NCBI GenBank assembly: GCA_047651235.1
Contig: CP178758.1
Coordinates: 3,180,001-3,212,000, forward strand
Origin: Candidatus Electrothrix yaqonensis
Lineage (GTDB): Bacteria; Desulfobacterota; Desulfobulbia; Desulfobulbales; Desulfobulbaceae
Reading direction: 5' to 3'
DNA length: 32,000 bases
Part shown: one piece after another, positions 1 to 8,490 of the stretch
Layout: each line of letters opens with the position of its first letter
Numbering within the stretch: the first letter of the stretch is position 1
Program-made: the position numbers and the translations under genes
The notes under the pieces: generated by a model
The model's input: only the letters and a program-made list of their open reading frames with translations
Databases searched by the model: none
Told to the model about the DNA's origin: nothing

Positions 1-1027
1 TATGGCGGGTAACACTGAGATGGTGCTGTTCAATAAAGCCCGGAGCAACCCTTCTGCGCTGCAGCCGACTGATGACTGCTGCAAGCGTATCTGGATGATT
101 GTTTTCAATAACTACCCCCTCTTCCTCGGTCAACAGCTCGGAAACTCCGGCAGAACGGGTCACCACCACCGGGGTGCCGCAATGCAGGGACTCTGCCACG
201 ACCAAGCCGAACGGTTCATACCGGGCCGGGAGGATTGTGTAGTCTACAGCGGAATATAACGCGGAGAGATTGGCAACATAACCGAGATACCGGACATGTT
301 CGGGAGCAGCAGGAAAACCGCGTAAAGGTTCTCCGGCAACCAGTAGCTCAAAGCGCTGCGGATCAAGACGGGAAAAAGCGGTCAGCAGTTCATTCAGCCC
401 TTTCCGTCTGTGACCGGTCGAGGGAAAGAGCAGAGTCAGTTTTTCTGCGGAAATATGGTAGTCTGATCTCGCCCGCAGCAGCTCTTCTCCTTCAGGACGG
501 ATAAAAAAGTCCGTATCAACCGGAGGATAGATAAGGGAGATTTTTTCAGGATCGATCTGCGGGTAATAGGTTGTAATTTCCTTGGCCAGTTCCTTGGAAT
601 GTACCACTACCCGACCGGTTTTCATTAACATGGCCTGTTCAAAGTCGGTCTCCAGCCGGTCGTGCAGGCACCGTAAAGGATGATTCGGACCGGAACGGAC
701 CCTGACCGAGGCCGGATGCACCCCGCCGATCACCGCAATCTGCGGACCATAAGTTCGGGTCAGGGCTAGGGAAAGATCATAGTCTGTCCGCATAAAAGAA
801 CGGTTGCACTGCCGAAGAAAATAATACTTCTTCCAACGGCGGGGCAGAAAAAACAGCTTGGATGTATGCACGGTACACGGCAAACCGGCGGCGAGATTCC
901 TGTCCACCTCATAGGTGTAAATATGCACCTTATCGCCCGTTGCTGCAAAACCACGAATCAAAGCCAGCAGATAGGCCTCCATACCGCCGCCGCTGCAGAG
1001 CTGATTATGCACTATGGCAATTTTCAT
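1..1027 (-). CDS. Glycosyltransferase family 1 (GT4-type), C-terminal end cut by the window edge
   Basis: Absent from the ORF track because it runs off the left edge. My own minus-strand translation starts at the ATG complementary to 1025-1027 and reads MKIAIVHNQLCSGGGMEAYLLALIRGF.... The frame agrees at both ends and I saw no stop down to position 2. It ends ...YEPFGLVVAESLHCGTPVVVTRSAGVSELL, a GT1 E-x7-E type motif. It overlaps the end of the upstream GT2 gene by 23 nt. Confidence 0.75.
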   Translation of the reverse strand, partial: MKIAIVHNQLCSGGGMEAYLLALIRGFAATGDKVHIYTYEVDRNLAAGLPCTVHTSKLFFLPRRWKKYYFLRQCNRSFMRTDYDLSLALTRTYGPQIAVIGGVHPASVRVRSGPNHPLRCLHDRLETDFEQAMLMKTGRVVVHSKELAKEITTYYPQIDPEKISLIYPPVDTDFFIRPEGEELLRARSDYHISAEKLTLLFPSTGHRRKGLNELLTAFSRLDPQRFELLVAGEPLRGFPAAPEHVRYLGYVANLSALYSAVDYTILPARYEPFGLVVAESLHCGTPVVVTRSAGVSELLTEEEGVVIENNHPDTLAAVISRLQRRRVAPGFIEQHHLSVTRH

Positions 1028-1898
1028 CCGCACCCCGATCCGTACCGTGACTATATATCCGGGCTGTTGTCAGATACTTGATCATTTTTCTCTGCTGTGC
1101 CTCGTTGCGGGAGAATGCGGCCGGCCAGAGAAAAAGCAGCCGCCACCATGCCTGCAGCCGACGCCGCCGACATATCCGGGTGACCGTACTCTTGCTGTAA
1201 TGCTTCTGCAGGAAAAGCAGCTCAGAGGAAATTTTGCGCTGCGCCACTTCGGCATATGGAGTTGACACCTCGCTCTGGCCTTCCAGATGCATCACTGCGG
1301 CATCGGGGATAAGCCCCAGCTGCCATCCCTGCTTCCGGAGTTCCAGACAGAGATCAATATCTTCGGCATAGAGAAAAAAACGTTCATCAAAACCCTGCAC
1401 TGAAGCAACAGCCTCTCTGCGTGCCACCAGAGCCGCTCCCAGTAGCCAGGCAATATCCCCGGGCAGATCGTCAAATTGCCCCTGACTGTAATGCTCACCG
1501 GGATACCCCTGATCCACAGAATTATGCACGCTGCCGTCTCTGTTGAGAATGACCGACCCGGTCATACCAATCTCAGGATGACTGGTCATAAATGCACACG
1601 CTGCAGCAAGACAGCCCGGCTGCAGTTCCGTATCCGGATTGAGAAAAAAAAGCAGTTCCTCAGACGTTTTTGCAATGGCCTGATTATTTGCCGCAGCAAA
1701 ACCGAGGTTCTGCTTGTTGGCAATCAGTTGAACCTCCGGATAGCCGGACCGGACCAGCTCAATACTTCGGTCAGATGAGGCATTATCTACGACAATGACC
1801 CGCCGGTCAATCCCCTTCTGCCTTCGGATTGAATCCAGGCAGCGGATCAGAAGCGGATCGGTATTATAGTTGACTATGATAATACAGAGTTCAGCCAT
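1005..1898 (-). CDS. Glycosyltransferase family 2
   Basis: 297-aa ORF. The N-terminus IIIVNYNTDPLLIRCLDSI...VIVVDNASSDRS plus NLGFAAANN and a DxD-like YAEDIDL form a typical GT2 (GT-A fold) signature. Confidence 0.85.
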   Translation of the reverse strand: MAELCIIIVNYNTDPLLIRCLDSIRRQKGIDRRVIVVDNASSDRSIELVRSGYPEVQLIANKQNLGFAAANNQAIAKTSEELLFFLNPDTELQPGCLAAACAFMTSHPEIGMTGSVILNRDGSVHNSVDQGYPGEHYSQGQFDDLPGDIAWLLGAALVARREAVASVQGFDERFFLYAEDIDLCLELRKQGWQLGLIPDAAVMHLEGQSEVSTPYAEVAQRKISSELLFLQKHYSKSTVTRICRRRRLQAWWRLLFLWPAAFSRNEAQQRKMIKYLTTARIYSHGTDRGADENCHSA

Positions 1899-1901
1899 CA
1901 G

Positions 1902-3176
1902 TCAGGAGGCCCTCCCGTTTCCAGAGAGCAAAGATTTTGGTTCCCGGACAAACAGGACAGCAGAAAACAGAGAAAATAGAAACCCGGTTTCGTAGACCTT
2001 AAGGTAAGACTCGGCCAGCATAATGATCAGAAAAAATAGGGGAAAGGCAAAACGGAGCCGCCGCAGGTCATCACGAATCTGCCACGCCTGGAAAAACATG
2101 ATCGCAAAAATCAACAGCAGCGCCAGAAATCCGGGGATTCCGAGCATAACAGCCACCAGTACATATTGATTATGCGGATTATCCGTTGCAATGCTGGCCG
2201 GACTCCTTTCCCGGTTCACCTCAGCATAAGCGGTCTGAAAATCACCGGTGCCGACCCCGATCCAGGGATGACGGCGGATAAGCTCCAGGCTATTCCGGAC
2301 AAAGAGCAGCCGCATTCCCACCGAGGTGTCCGGATTGTCTCTGAATCCTTTTACTTCCTGTCGGGCCGTATCAATCCGCTGCTGAAAGACCGGACTATAG
2401 CGGTACCCGAATAGACAGACTGCGGGCAGCAGCAGACCGGCGGCCAATATTGCCAATAAACGTTTTTGCGGAAAAATCTGCACCAGCAGTAGGCCGAGGA
2501 GCACCAGAAAAGCCAGCTGACCAGTCCGGCCCTCAGTGATAAACATATTCAGGCTCATCAGCCCGGCAAAACTGAACAGCGTCACCCGAATTATCCGGGC
2601 TGCGGGCTTCCGTTGAACCGGTTTCCCCCAGATTGCAGCATGGAAAACCAGATAAGCGGCAAAGGCAAGCAAAGGATTATAGACAACGTGAAAGGTCTTG
2701 CGGGTCAGATGGGTCGGGCTGACATCCGCATAATGGAGCAGATCAAACCAGACCAGAAAGGTGAGGAGCATAGCCGTGCTGACACCGGCCACAAAGGCGG
2801 CAAAGTACAGACTACGATGGCGGGAGCTGATCGCTGTCAGCAGGACAGGCAGCATGGCAATTTTCCAATAATCCTGCAGAACCTCCACCCCGACGGAAAA
2901 ATCGTTACTCCAAAGCAGACCCAGACAGAGCAGGACAAGAAAGCTAAGCACGGCAAGAGCGACCGGGTTGGAAGCAATCACAGTCCATTTTTCCCGCCAC
3001 CGGCCTTCAACCAGCCAAAGTACAAGGATCAGAAGCGCAACAACAGAGACAGCAGAAGTGGACAGCGGAAGGGCAAAGGCCAGCAGGCAGGGCAGCCATT
3101 GATTGAGCCGGCCCGCTTGGGCACGCAGCCGGCTCAGTATGCTCAGCCTATTCTCCGGGGTTTCGGCTGCGTCCAT
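1902..3176 (-). CDS. O-antigen ligase-like (Wzy_C/WaaL family) polytopic membrane protein
   Basis: The ORF is open to 3254. It is highly hydrophobic with about 10 or more TM segments and a large loop containing DNPHNQYV-type residues typical of O-antigen ligase/polymerase. I place the start at ATG 3176 (MDAAETPEN, GGAAGG just upstream) because earlier ATGs overlap the msbA-like stop at 3187. The start is uncertain (3176, 3200, 3224 or 3254). Confidence 0.7.
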   Translation of the reverse strand: MDAAETPENRLSILSRLRAQAGRLNQWLPCLLAFALPLSTSAVSVVALLILVLWLVEGRWREKWTVIASNPVALAVLSFLVLLCLGLLWSNDFSVGVEVLQDYWKIAMLPVLLTAISSRHRSLYFAAFVAGVSTAMLLTFLVWFDLLHYADVSPTHLTRKTFHVVYNPLLAFAAYLVFHAAIWGKPVQRKPAARIIRVTLFSFAGLMSLNMFITEGRTGQLAFLVLLGLLLVQIFPQKRLLAILAAGLLLPAVCLFGYRYSPVFQQRIDTARQEVKGFRDNPDTSVGMRLLFVRNSLELIRRHPWIGVGTGDFQTAYAEVNRERSPASIATDNPHNQYVLVAVMLGIPGFLALLLIFAIMFFQAWQIRDDLRRLRFAFPLFFLIIMLAESYLKVYETGFLFSLFSAVLFVREPKSLLSGNGRAS

Positions 3177-3186
3177 CACCTTCCGA

Positions 3187-4920
3187 TCACCTGTCGGCAT
3201 ACTGCATGGTGTATAGCCCCGCATACACGCCCTGCTGCTCCAGCAGGCTGTCATGCGTTCCCTCTTCCATCAGCCGTCCGTCCTGCATAACAACAATGCG
3301 GTCAGCATTTTTTATGGTGGACAGACGATGGGCAATGACAATAGTGGTCCGGTTTTTCATCAGGTTATCCAAGGCCTTCTGCACCTTGCGCTCGGACTCC
3401 GTATCCAGAGCCGAGGTTGCTTCATCCAGAATCAGGATCGGAGCATCCCTGAGGATGGCCCGGGCAATGGAAACCCGCTGCTGCTGGCCCCCGGACAGCC
3501 GGGTTCCTGATTCCCCGATCACCGTGTCAAAGCCTTCCGGCAGGGCTTCAATGAACTCCAAGGCAAAGGCAGCTTCTGCCGCCTGCCGGATCTCCTCCTC
3601 GCTGCACTCCGGGTTACCGTACGCGATATTACTGCGCACCGTATCGTTGAACAGAATCGTCTGCTGGGTCACCAGGGCAATCTGTCCCCGCAGAGAATGC
3701 AGGGTCACGTCCCGGATATCATGGCCGTCAATACACACTGCGCCGTCCGTCACATCGTAAAATCGAGGCAGCAACCCGGCTAGGGTACTTTTGCCGCCGC
3801 CGGACGGCCCGACCACGGCAAGAATTTCCCCCTGAGCAACTCTGAGCCGGATGTCGCGGAGCACAGGCTCGTTCTCCGCATAGGCAAAGCTCACCCTGTC
3901 GAACGCAATCGCATCATGAAAACGGGGAAGAACAGTCCCCTCTGTTTTCTCCCGGATTTCCGGCTCAATGTCCAGCAGATCAAAAATGCGGGTTGCAGCG
4001 GCCATGCCGGACTGGATCGTGGAGTTGATCTTGCTCATCCCTTTGACCGGTTCGTAGAGCATGATCAGGGCCGTCAGAAAGGACATGAAGGTACCCGGAG
4101 TTGAGTTGCCGTCCAGCACCTGCATCCCGCCGAACCAGATAATCAGGGCCATACCGATCCCGCCGAGAAACTCGATCATGGGATGGGACAGGCTGCGGAC
4201 TCTGGTCTCAGTCATCAGGGTATCAAAGAGATACTGCATTTTTTTACCGAAAACCCGTTTCTCGTGCTCCTCCATACAAAAGGCTTTAACAATTCTCGCC
4301 CCTCGGATCGTTTCATTGAGAAAATTGCTGGCATCACCCATGCCCTGCTGGTACAATGTGCTGATCCGGCGAAATTTCTTGCCGAAAAAAACAATAGGTA
4401 CAGTTGCCATAGGGATAAAAATCAGCGAAATACAGGCCAGTCGCCAATCCATGTAAAAAATAACTCCGAGCAGACCGAGTACCGTGAAAAAATCACGCAG
4501 CACCCGGATAAGGGCATGAGAGACAGCCCCCTGCAGCATGCTGACGTCATTCATGATCCGAGAAATCAGTTCACCGGTTGAGTTCTTCTGAAAGAACCCC
4601 ATAGACAGCTCATTGAGGTGACTGTAGAGCCTGTTGCGCAGTTCCTTGATCACGCATTGACCGACCCACTCAAGCAGATAGGAATAGAGAAAATAAAAGA
4701 CGCCCTTGATCAGAAAAAGTCCCAGCAGGGCCAGGGGCAGAACAACCAGCCATTCTTTATGCTTCTCGTAGAAAATTTTATCCAGTAGCGGCTTGACCAT
4801 ATAGGCCTGAGCAGCATTGAAGACGGCAACGATAATCATTGCCAGCATGGCGATGAACATTTTCCGCCTGTACGGCTGCAGCACCCTGTACAGACGCGAG
4901 AGTATGATTTTATTGGTCAT
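3187..4920 (-). CDS. msbA: ABC transporter, fused permease/ATPase, MsbA-like lipid A/lipid exporter
   Basis: 577 aa. A six-TM type-1 exporter domain is followed by an NBD with Walker A GPSGGGKST, signature LSGGQQQR and Walker B ILILDEATSALD. The location in an LPS glycosyltransferase/ligase cluster supports MsbA. The family call is strong; the gene symbol comes from context. Confidence 0.8.
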   Translation of the reverse strand: MTNKIILSRLYRVLQPYRRKMFIAMLAMIIVAVFNAAQAYMVKPLLDKIFYEKHKEWLVVLPLALLGLFLIKGVFYFLYSYLLEWVGQCVIKELRNRLYSHLNELSMGFFQKNSTGELISRIMNDVSMLQGAVSHALIRVLRDFFTVLGLLGVIFYMDWRLACISLIFIPMATVPIVFFGKKFRRISTLYQQGMGDASNFLNETIRGARIVKAFCMEEHEKRVFGKKMQYLFDTLMTETRVRSLSHPMIEFLGGIGMALIIWFGGMQVLDGNSTPGTFMSFLTALIMLYEPVKGMSKINSTIQSGMAAATRIFDLLDIEPEIREKTEGTVLPRFHDAIAFDRVSFAYAENEPVLRDIRLRVAQGEILAVVGPSGGGKSTLAGLLPRFYDVTDGAVCIDGHDIRDVTLHSLRGQIALVTQQTILFNDTVRSNIAYGNPECSEEEIRQAAEAAFALEFIEALPEGFDTVIGESGTRLSGGQQQRVSIARAILRDAPILILDEATSALDTESERKVQKALDNLMKNRTTIVIAHRLSTIKNADRIVVMQDGRLMEEGTHDSLLEQQGVYAGLYTMQYADR

Positions 4921-5448
4921 GCGTGGTTGCGCAGTCTCCAGCAGTCTGTTTCGCTCTCAGCATATCCCGGCATAACGAGAGGCCAGCAAAGTCAGTCTGT
5001 TCTCTGCACGATCTCTCTGAAATTTCAAACGAAAGGGACCAGAACGGGCAGGCGGGAGAATTCTATAGTTCTGTTCAGCATATGTTCAACGTATAATACT
5101 GAGAAACTATATTATCCCGGCATAAAGATCAAGCAAATATTCAGAGGCAGTCCGGCAGAGTAATTCCGGCATCCCGATACAGCAGACACCGGAACAGAAA
5201 GGAACACCGTAGCAGGTGACACTTTTTCGCTGCCGGTGACGTTTTTCGTCCGCTATACAATTTCGCGACACATCCGGAAGCAACGAATTACGGTTATGGT
5301 TGCCAGTATTGGACGGCAGATAACGATTGGTGTATTTTTTGCAGAACAAAGTACTCAGCCACGACACACGGCAGAAAGACTGTTTCGACTGTCAACCATT
5401 ATTTTGTGCGGCAGCAGGTGACCATATCAATGAAAGTATAATTCAACG

Positions 5449-6006
5449 AACTATGGACTGAAAGTCGCTATTTCGGCTAAAGCCGATTAAAACCGCTGAC
5501 TCAAGTCAGTGTGTAACGACTGAAAGTCGTTATTCTATTTTAAAATCGTCATTATTATGATTTGGGTCATTTCTGTGATTTTCAATATAATTCCGTATCA
5601 TTTCATCAGTAACGTGTCCGGAACTCAAAGCAACGCAGCCAATACCCCAAAAATGTTTTCCCCAGTATCTTCTGGACAGTTGAGGAAATTCTTCCTGAAT
5701 CTTTTTTGAAGAGCGGCCCTTGAAAAATCGCACCATTTCACTCACGGATATCTTGGGAGGATACGACACATAGATATGGACATGGTCCTGACTGATATTT
5801 CCTTTGATGATCTGAATATCTTTCGAATCACATGTTTGGCGTATTATCTCTCTGATTCGAATACTTATATCCCTGCTTAACACGTTGTAACGATATTTGG
5901 TTATCCAAATCAAGTGAACTTTCAGATCATGTACGCTGTGCGATGATTTTCTATAAGGCCTCATAAATGAGAATCTACTAAAAGTCTTGGACTGAAGTCC
6001 ATAGTT
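5449..6006 (-). mobile_element. IS200-type element (tnpA only) bounded by inverted AACTATGGACT...hairpin ends
   Basis: The left end AACTATGGACTGAAAGTC (5449-5467) and the right end GGACTGAAGTCCATAGTT (5989-6006) are inverted copies. There are subterminal hairpins at 5457-5467, 5473-5486, 5496-5509 and 5516-5530. GC content is visibly lower than in the flanks. Exact termini are uncertain. Confidence 0.65.
5530..5964 (-). CDS. tnpA: IS200/IS605 family Y1 (HUH) transposase TnpA
   Basis: 144 aa. It contains HLIWITKYRYNVL, the HUH motif DHVHIYVSYPP, GRSSKKIQEEFP, YWGKHFW and a C-terminal MIRNYIENH with the catalytic Tyr. This is a classic IS200 TnpA layout. There is no tnpB next to it. Confidence 0.9.
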   Translation of the reverse strand: MRPYRKSSHSVHDLKVHLIWITKYRYNVLSRDISIRIREIIRQTCDSKDIQIIKGNISQDHVHIYVSYPPKISVSEMVRFFKGRSSKKIQEEFPQLSRRYWGKHFWGIGCVALSSGHVTDEMIRNYIENHRNDPNHNNDDFKIE

Positions 6007-6130
6007 TTAACTGACGATTAGTTCTACTTTGGCGATCATAAACATAACCAGCTTATTTTTATTAAGTATTTAAAAACCCCTGTTTTTAGTATTATTAATA
6101 TTATTAAATAGTTAATGGTATGGTCACCAA

Positions 6131-6148
6131 TAGACCTCCTGCAAAACT
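6131..6148. repeat. Left terminal inverted repeat of the IS5-like element
   Basis: TAGACCTCCTGCAAAACT. Its reverse-complement partner lies at 7148-7165. Confidence 0.85.
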
Positions 6149-6227
6149 TGGTGATTTGACAGAAACGGCGGATGCTGATATTTTTTCGGTCACTTTTTCG
6201 ATTATCAACCCCGGAGGTCTGAAAATC

Positions 6228-7096
6228 ATGCTCACATTCGAAAAACTCTCCCGCCGCCCTGAAACATTCCGCCGTCTGACCGGTGTCGATATTGATCTTT
6301 TCAACGGAATGACGGAAAAGATCCGCCCTTTATGGGAAGAGCGGAGAGATAATTTTGAAAAGGGCGGGAGAAAGCACAACTTGGAAGGAGCTGAAAACCA
6401 CCTTCTCGCCATGCTCCTGCGAAGTCTTCGCTTATCTATTACCGTTGTTACGTGACATATGAGTTCCTCAGTTTTTTCTTCGATTCCGATGAGACGACGG
6501 TGATGCGCGCAGTGAAACGGATGGAAAAAATCGCGGTACGGGTGATTCATATTGAAAAAAAGCGTGAAATCACACGGGAAGATGCGGAATACCTGATAAT
6601 CGATGCGACGGAGCAGCCGGTTCAGCGCCTGAAGAAAGGACAGAAGAAGTATTACAGCGGAAAGAAGGGAAAACACACGCTCGGAACGCAGTTTACCGCC
6701 GGTCCCGACGGACGGATTTTTTCGGTTTCGGCGTCGTATCCCGGAAGTGTTCATGATTTCAGGATATATAAGGAACAGAAGGGGCGGGAGCGTTTTCACG
6801 GTATTCCGAAGAAGGCCGACAGCGGATATCAGGGAATCGCGGCATATGACCGGCGCGCCGAAATTCCCTTTAAAAAGCCCCGGAACGGTGAACTGACCGC
6901 CGAACAGAAGGCATATAATCTTGATTTATCGAAAAAACGTATCAAAGTTGAGCATGTCATAAGAGAGGTGAAGGTATTTAAAATCATGTCGGAAACATAC
7001 CGGAACAGGCTTAAAGGCCATAATATAAAGAAAAATATCATATCCGGCATAGTGAATATGAAGGTTGCGGCACGGAAAATGAAGAAAGCTGCCTGA
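6228..7096 (+). pseudogene. DDE_Tnp_4-type transposase split by a frameshift at about 6420-6455
   Basis: GGAGGT lies 9 nt upstream of ATG 6228 (MLTFEKLSRRPETFRRLTGV...HLLAMLL). The frame then stops at 6455, and the homologous continuation LIYYRCYVTYEFLSFFF...IIDATEQPV...GKKGKHT...ADSGYQG...RIKVEHVIREVKVFKI runs in another frame to 7096. The two track ORFs (6120-6455 and 6452-7096) are the two halves. Confidence 0.75.
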
Positions 7097-7147
7097 AGCG
7101 GAAAATTTTGAAAAAGGGAAAAACCTCACCGCCTGAGAAGAACAGGC

Positions 7148-7165
7148 AGTTCTGCAGGAGGTCTA
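7148..7165. repeat. Right terminal inverted repeat of the IS5-like element
   Basis: AGTTCTGCAGGAGGTCTA is the reverse complement of TAGACCTCCTGCAGAACT, with one mismatch to the left IR. Confidence 0.85.
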
Positions 7166-7295
7166 AAGCTGGAGCAGTATAAACTGAATACAGGATCAGC
7201 TATCTGAAAGGCGTGAAGGCAAAACTTATGCCTCTTGTGGGCATATTCAAATTATGTTGCTCCAGCTATAAAGTAGAATTAGGACAATAAAAAGA

Positions 7296-7730
7296 ATGAA
7301 ACACGAAGACCGACGTCGGTTTACGCGGATAGATGTGCAGCTGGATGTACATCTTGATTTCGGGATCCGGAAATACAGGCATGTCGCAAGTAATCTCAGT
7401 CTGAACGGTATATATGTTACAGGGCTCTATGATCAGCGGGCAGGAGATGCCTGCATCATTACGCTGATCAACCCAAAGTCCGTGCGGAACGCCGGAATAC
7501 GGGCTGTCGGTTCAGTGGTAAGAATCAGCAGCACCGGCATGGCTGTGAAATTTATTTCCATGAAAATAGAAAGTTTTTTAATGCTGCAGGCAATTTTGTT
7601 TTCCTTTGCTGAAGATCCTGTGGTGTTGGAAAGTGAACCTGTTAACGGTATCTCCTTTGCTCAGGAGGACGGCCTGATTTTCTACGATGATGCACTCCCT
7701 CTGAAAAATTATTCTTTTCCGACCGCCTGA
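7296..7730 (+). CDS. PilZ domain protein (putative c-di-GMP receptor)
   Basis: 144 aa. The N-terminal RRRFTR matches the RxxxR motif and NLSLNG matches the D/NxSxxG motif with the right spacing. The C-terminal tail is unassigned. Confidence 0.75.
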   Translation: MKHEDRRRFTRIDVQLDVHLDFGIRKYRHVASNLSLNGIYVTGLYDQRAGDACIITLINPKSVRNAGIRAVGSVVRISSTGMAVKFISMKIESFLMLQAILFSFAEDPVVLESEPVNGISFAQEDGLIFYDDALPLKNYSFPTA

Positions 7731-7797
7731 AAGAGTTCAGAAAAAGAAAAACAGCAGCCTGTCGAACTGCTGTCAAATTGCAGCAGGAAAATATTTC

Positions 7798-8370
7798 GTG
7801 ATTCATGATGTTATGAACAAAAAAAATCAGCGCGTCTGCCCAGTTGAATGGGCAGGGTTTCTTGACAACCCTTTCCGGAAACTGCTGCAGAATCCCGGAA
7901 AAATTCTGCATCCGTATCTTCAGCAAGGCATGACTGTTCTGGACGTGGGATGCGGTCCGGGATTCTTCTCCATCCCGGCAGCAGAGATGCTCGGAGCATC
8001 CGGTCAAGTTATTGCAGCTGATCTGCAGGAAGGAATGCTGCGGAAACTGCACGCTAAAATCCAGGGAACAGAACTTGAGGAAAGAATCAGGCTGCATACA
8101 TGCCGGAAAGACAAAATCGGCGTATCAGAGCATGCTGATTTTGCCCTGCTTTTTTATATCGTCCATGAGCTGCCTGATCAGAATGCCTTTTTTGATGAGA
8201 TCAGGACAATCCTGAAACCGAAAGGACAGGTTCTTATGGCAGAACCTTTTTTTCATGTTGCCCGCTCAGCGTTTGAAAAGACCGTCAGAATTGCAGAAAA
8301 ATCCGGTTTTGCTGACATCGGAAGACCGAAAATATTTTTCAGCAATGCAGTGCTGCTGAAGAAAAAATAA
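7798..8370 (+). CDS. Class I SAM-dependent methyltransferase
   Basis: 190 aa. Motif I is VLDVGCGPGFFS, followed by an acidic post-I motif (VIAADLQ) and LKPKGQVLM (motif III-like). The start is GTG 7798, with AGGAAA upstream. Confidence 0.8.
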   Translation: MIHDVMNKKNQRVCPVEWAGFLDNPFRKLLQNPGKILHPYLQQGMTVLDVGCGPGFFSIPAAEMLGASGQVIAADLQEGMLRKLHAKIQGTELEERIRLHTCRKDKIGVSEHADFALLFYIVHELPDQNAFFDEIRTILKPKGQVLMAEPFFHVARSAFEKTVRIAEKSGFADIGRPKIFFSNAVLLKKK

Positions 8371-8490
8371 CAGGCAGCGCCGCAGAACCCATTTTAGTGC
8401 CAGGGCAAACGCATGACATCTGTAATATAATTAACGAAATGTGCGAGTTTAGCCCCTATTTTTCTGGAAATATGCTTTGCGCAGCAATTT

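Larger units (their letters stand above)
6131..7165 (+). mobile_element. IS5-superfamily / Harbinger-like (HTH_Tnp_4 + DDE_Tnp_4) insertion sequence, complete ends
   Basis: 18-bp terminal inverted repeats match at 17 of 18 positions: TAGACCTCCTGCAAAACT (6131-6148) against the reverse complement of AGTTCTGCAGGAGGTCTA (7148-7165). They enclose a single transposase reading frame of about 290 codons. The TA at both extremities could be part of the IR or a 2-bp target duplication. Confidence 0.8.

Noticed and set aside
2613-3290. 225-aa plus-strand ORF
   Set aside because: It is antisense to the O-antigen-ligase-like gene and the msbA end. Its Gln/Lys/Arg-rich composition is typical of reading a membrane-protein gene backwards.
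6104-6799. 231-aa minus-strand ORF across the IS5-like element
   Set aside because: It is antisense to the transposase, whose plus-strand frames carry clear HTH_Tnp_4/DDE_Tnp_4-like motifs. The product is Arg/Ser-rich and low-complexity, with no RBS. It is a shadow ORF.
7642-8097. 151-aa minus-strand ORF
   Set aside because: It is antisense to the methyltransferase (VLDVGCGPGFFS is on the plus strand) and bridges an intergenic gap.
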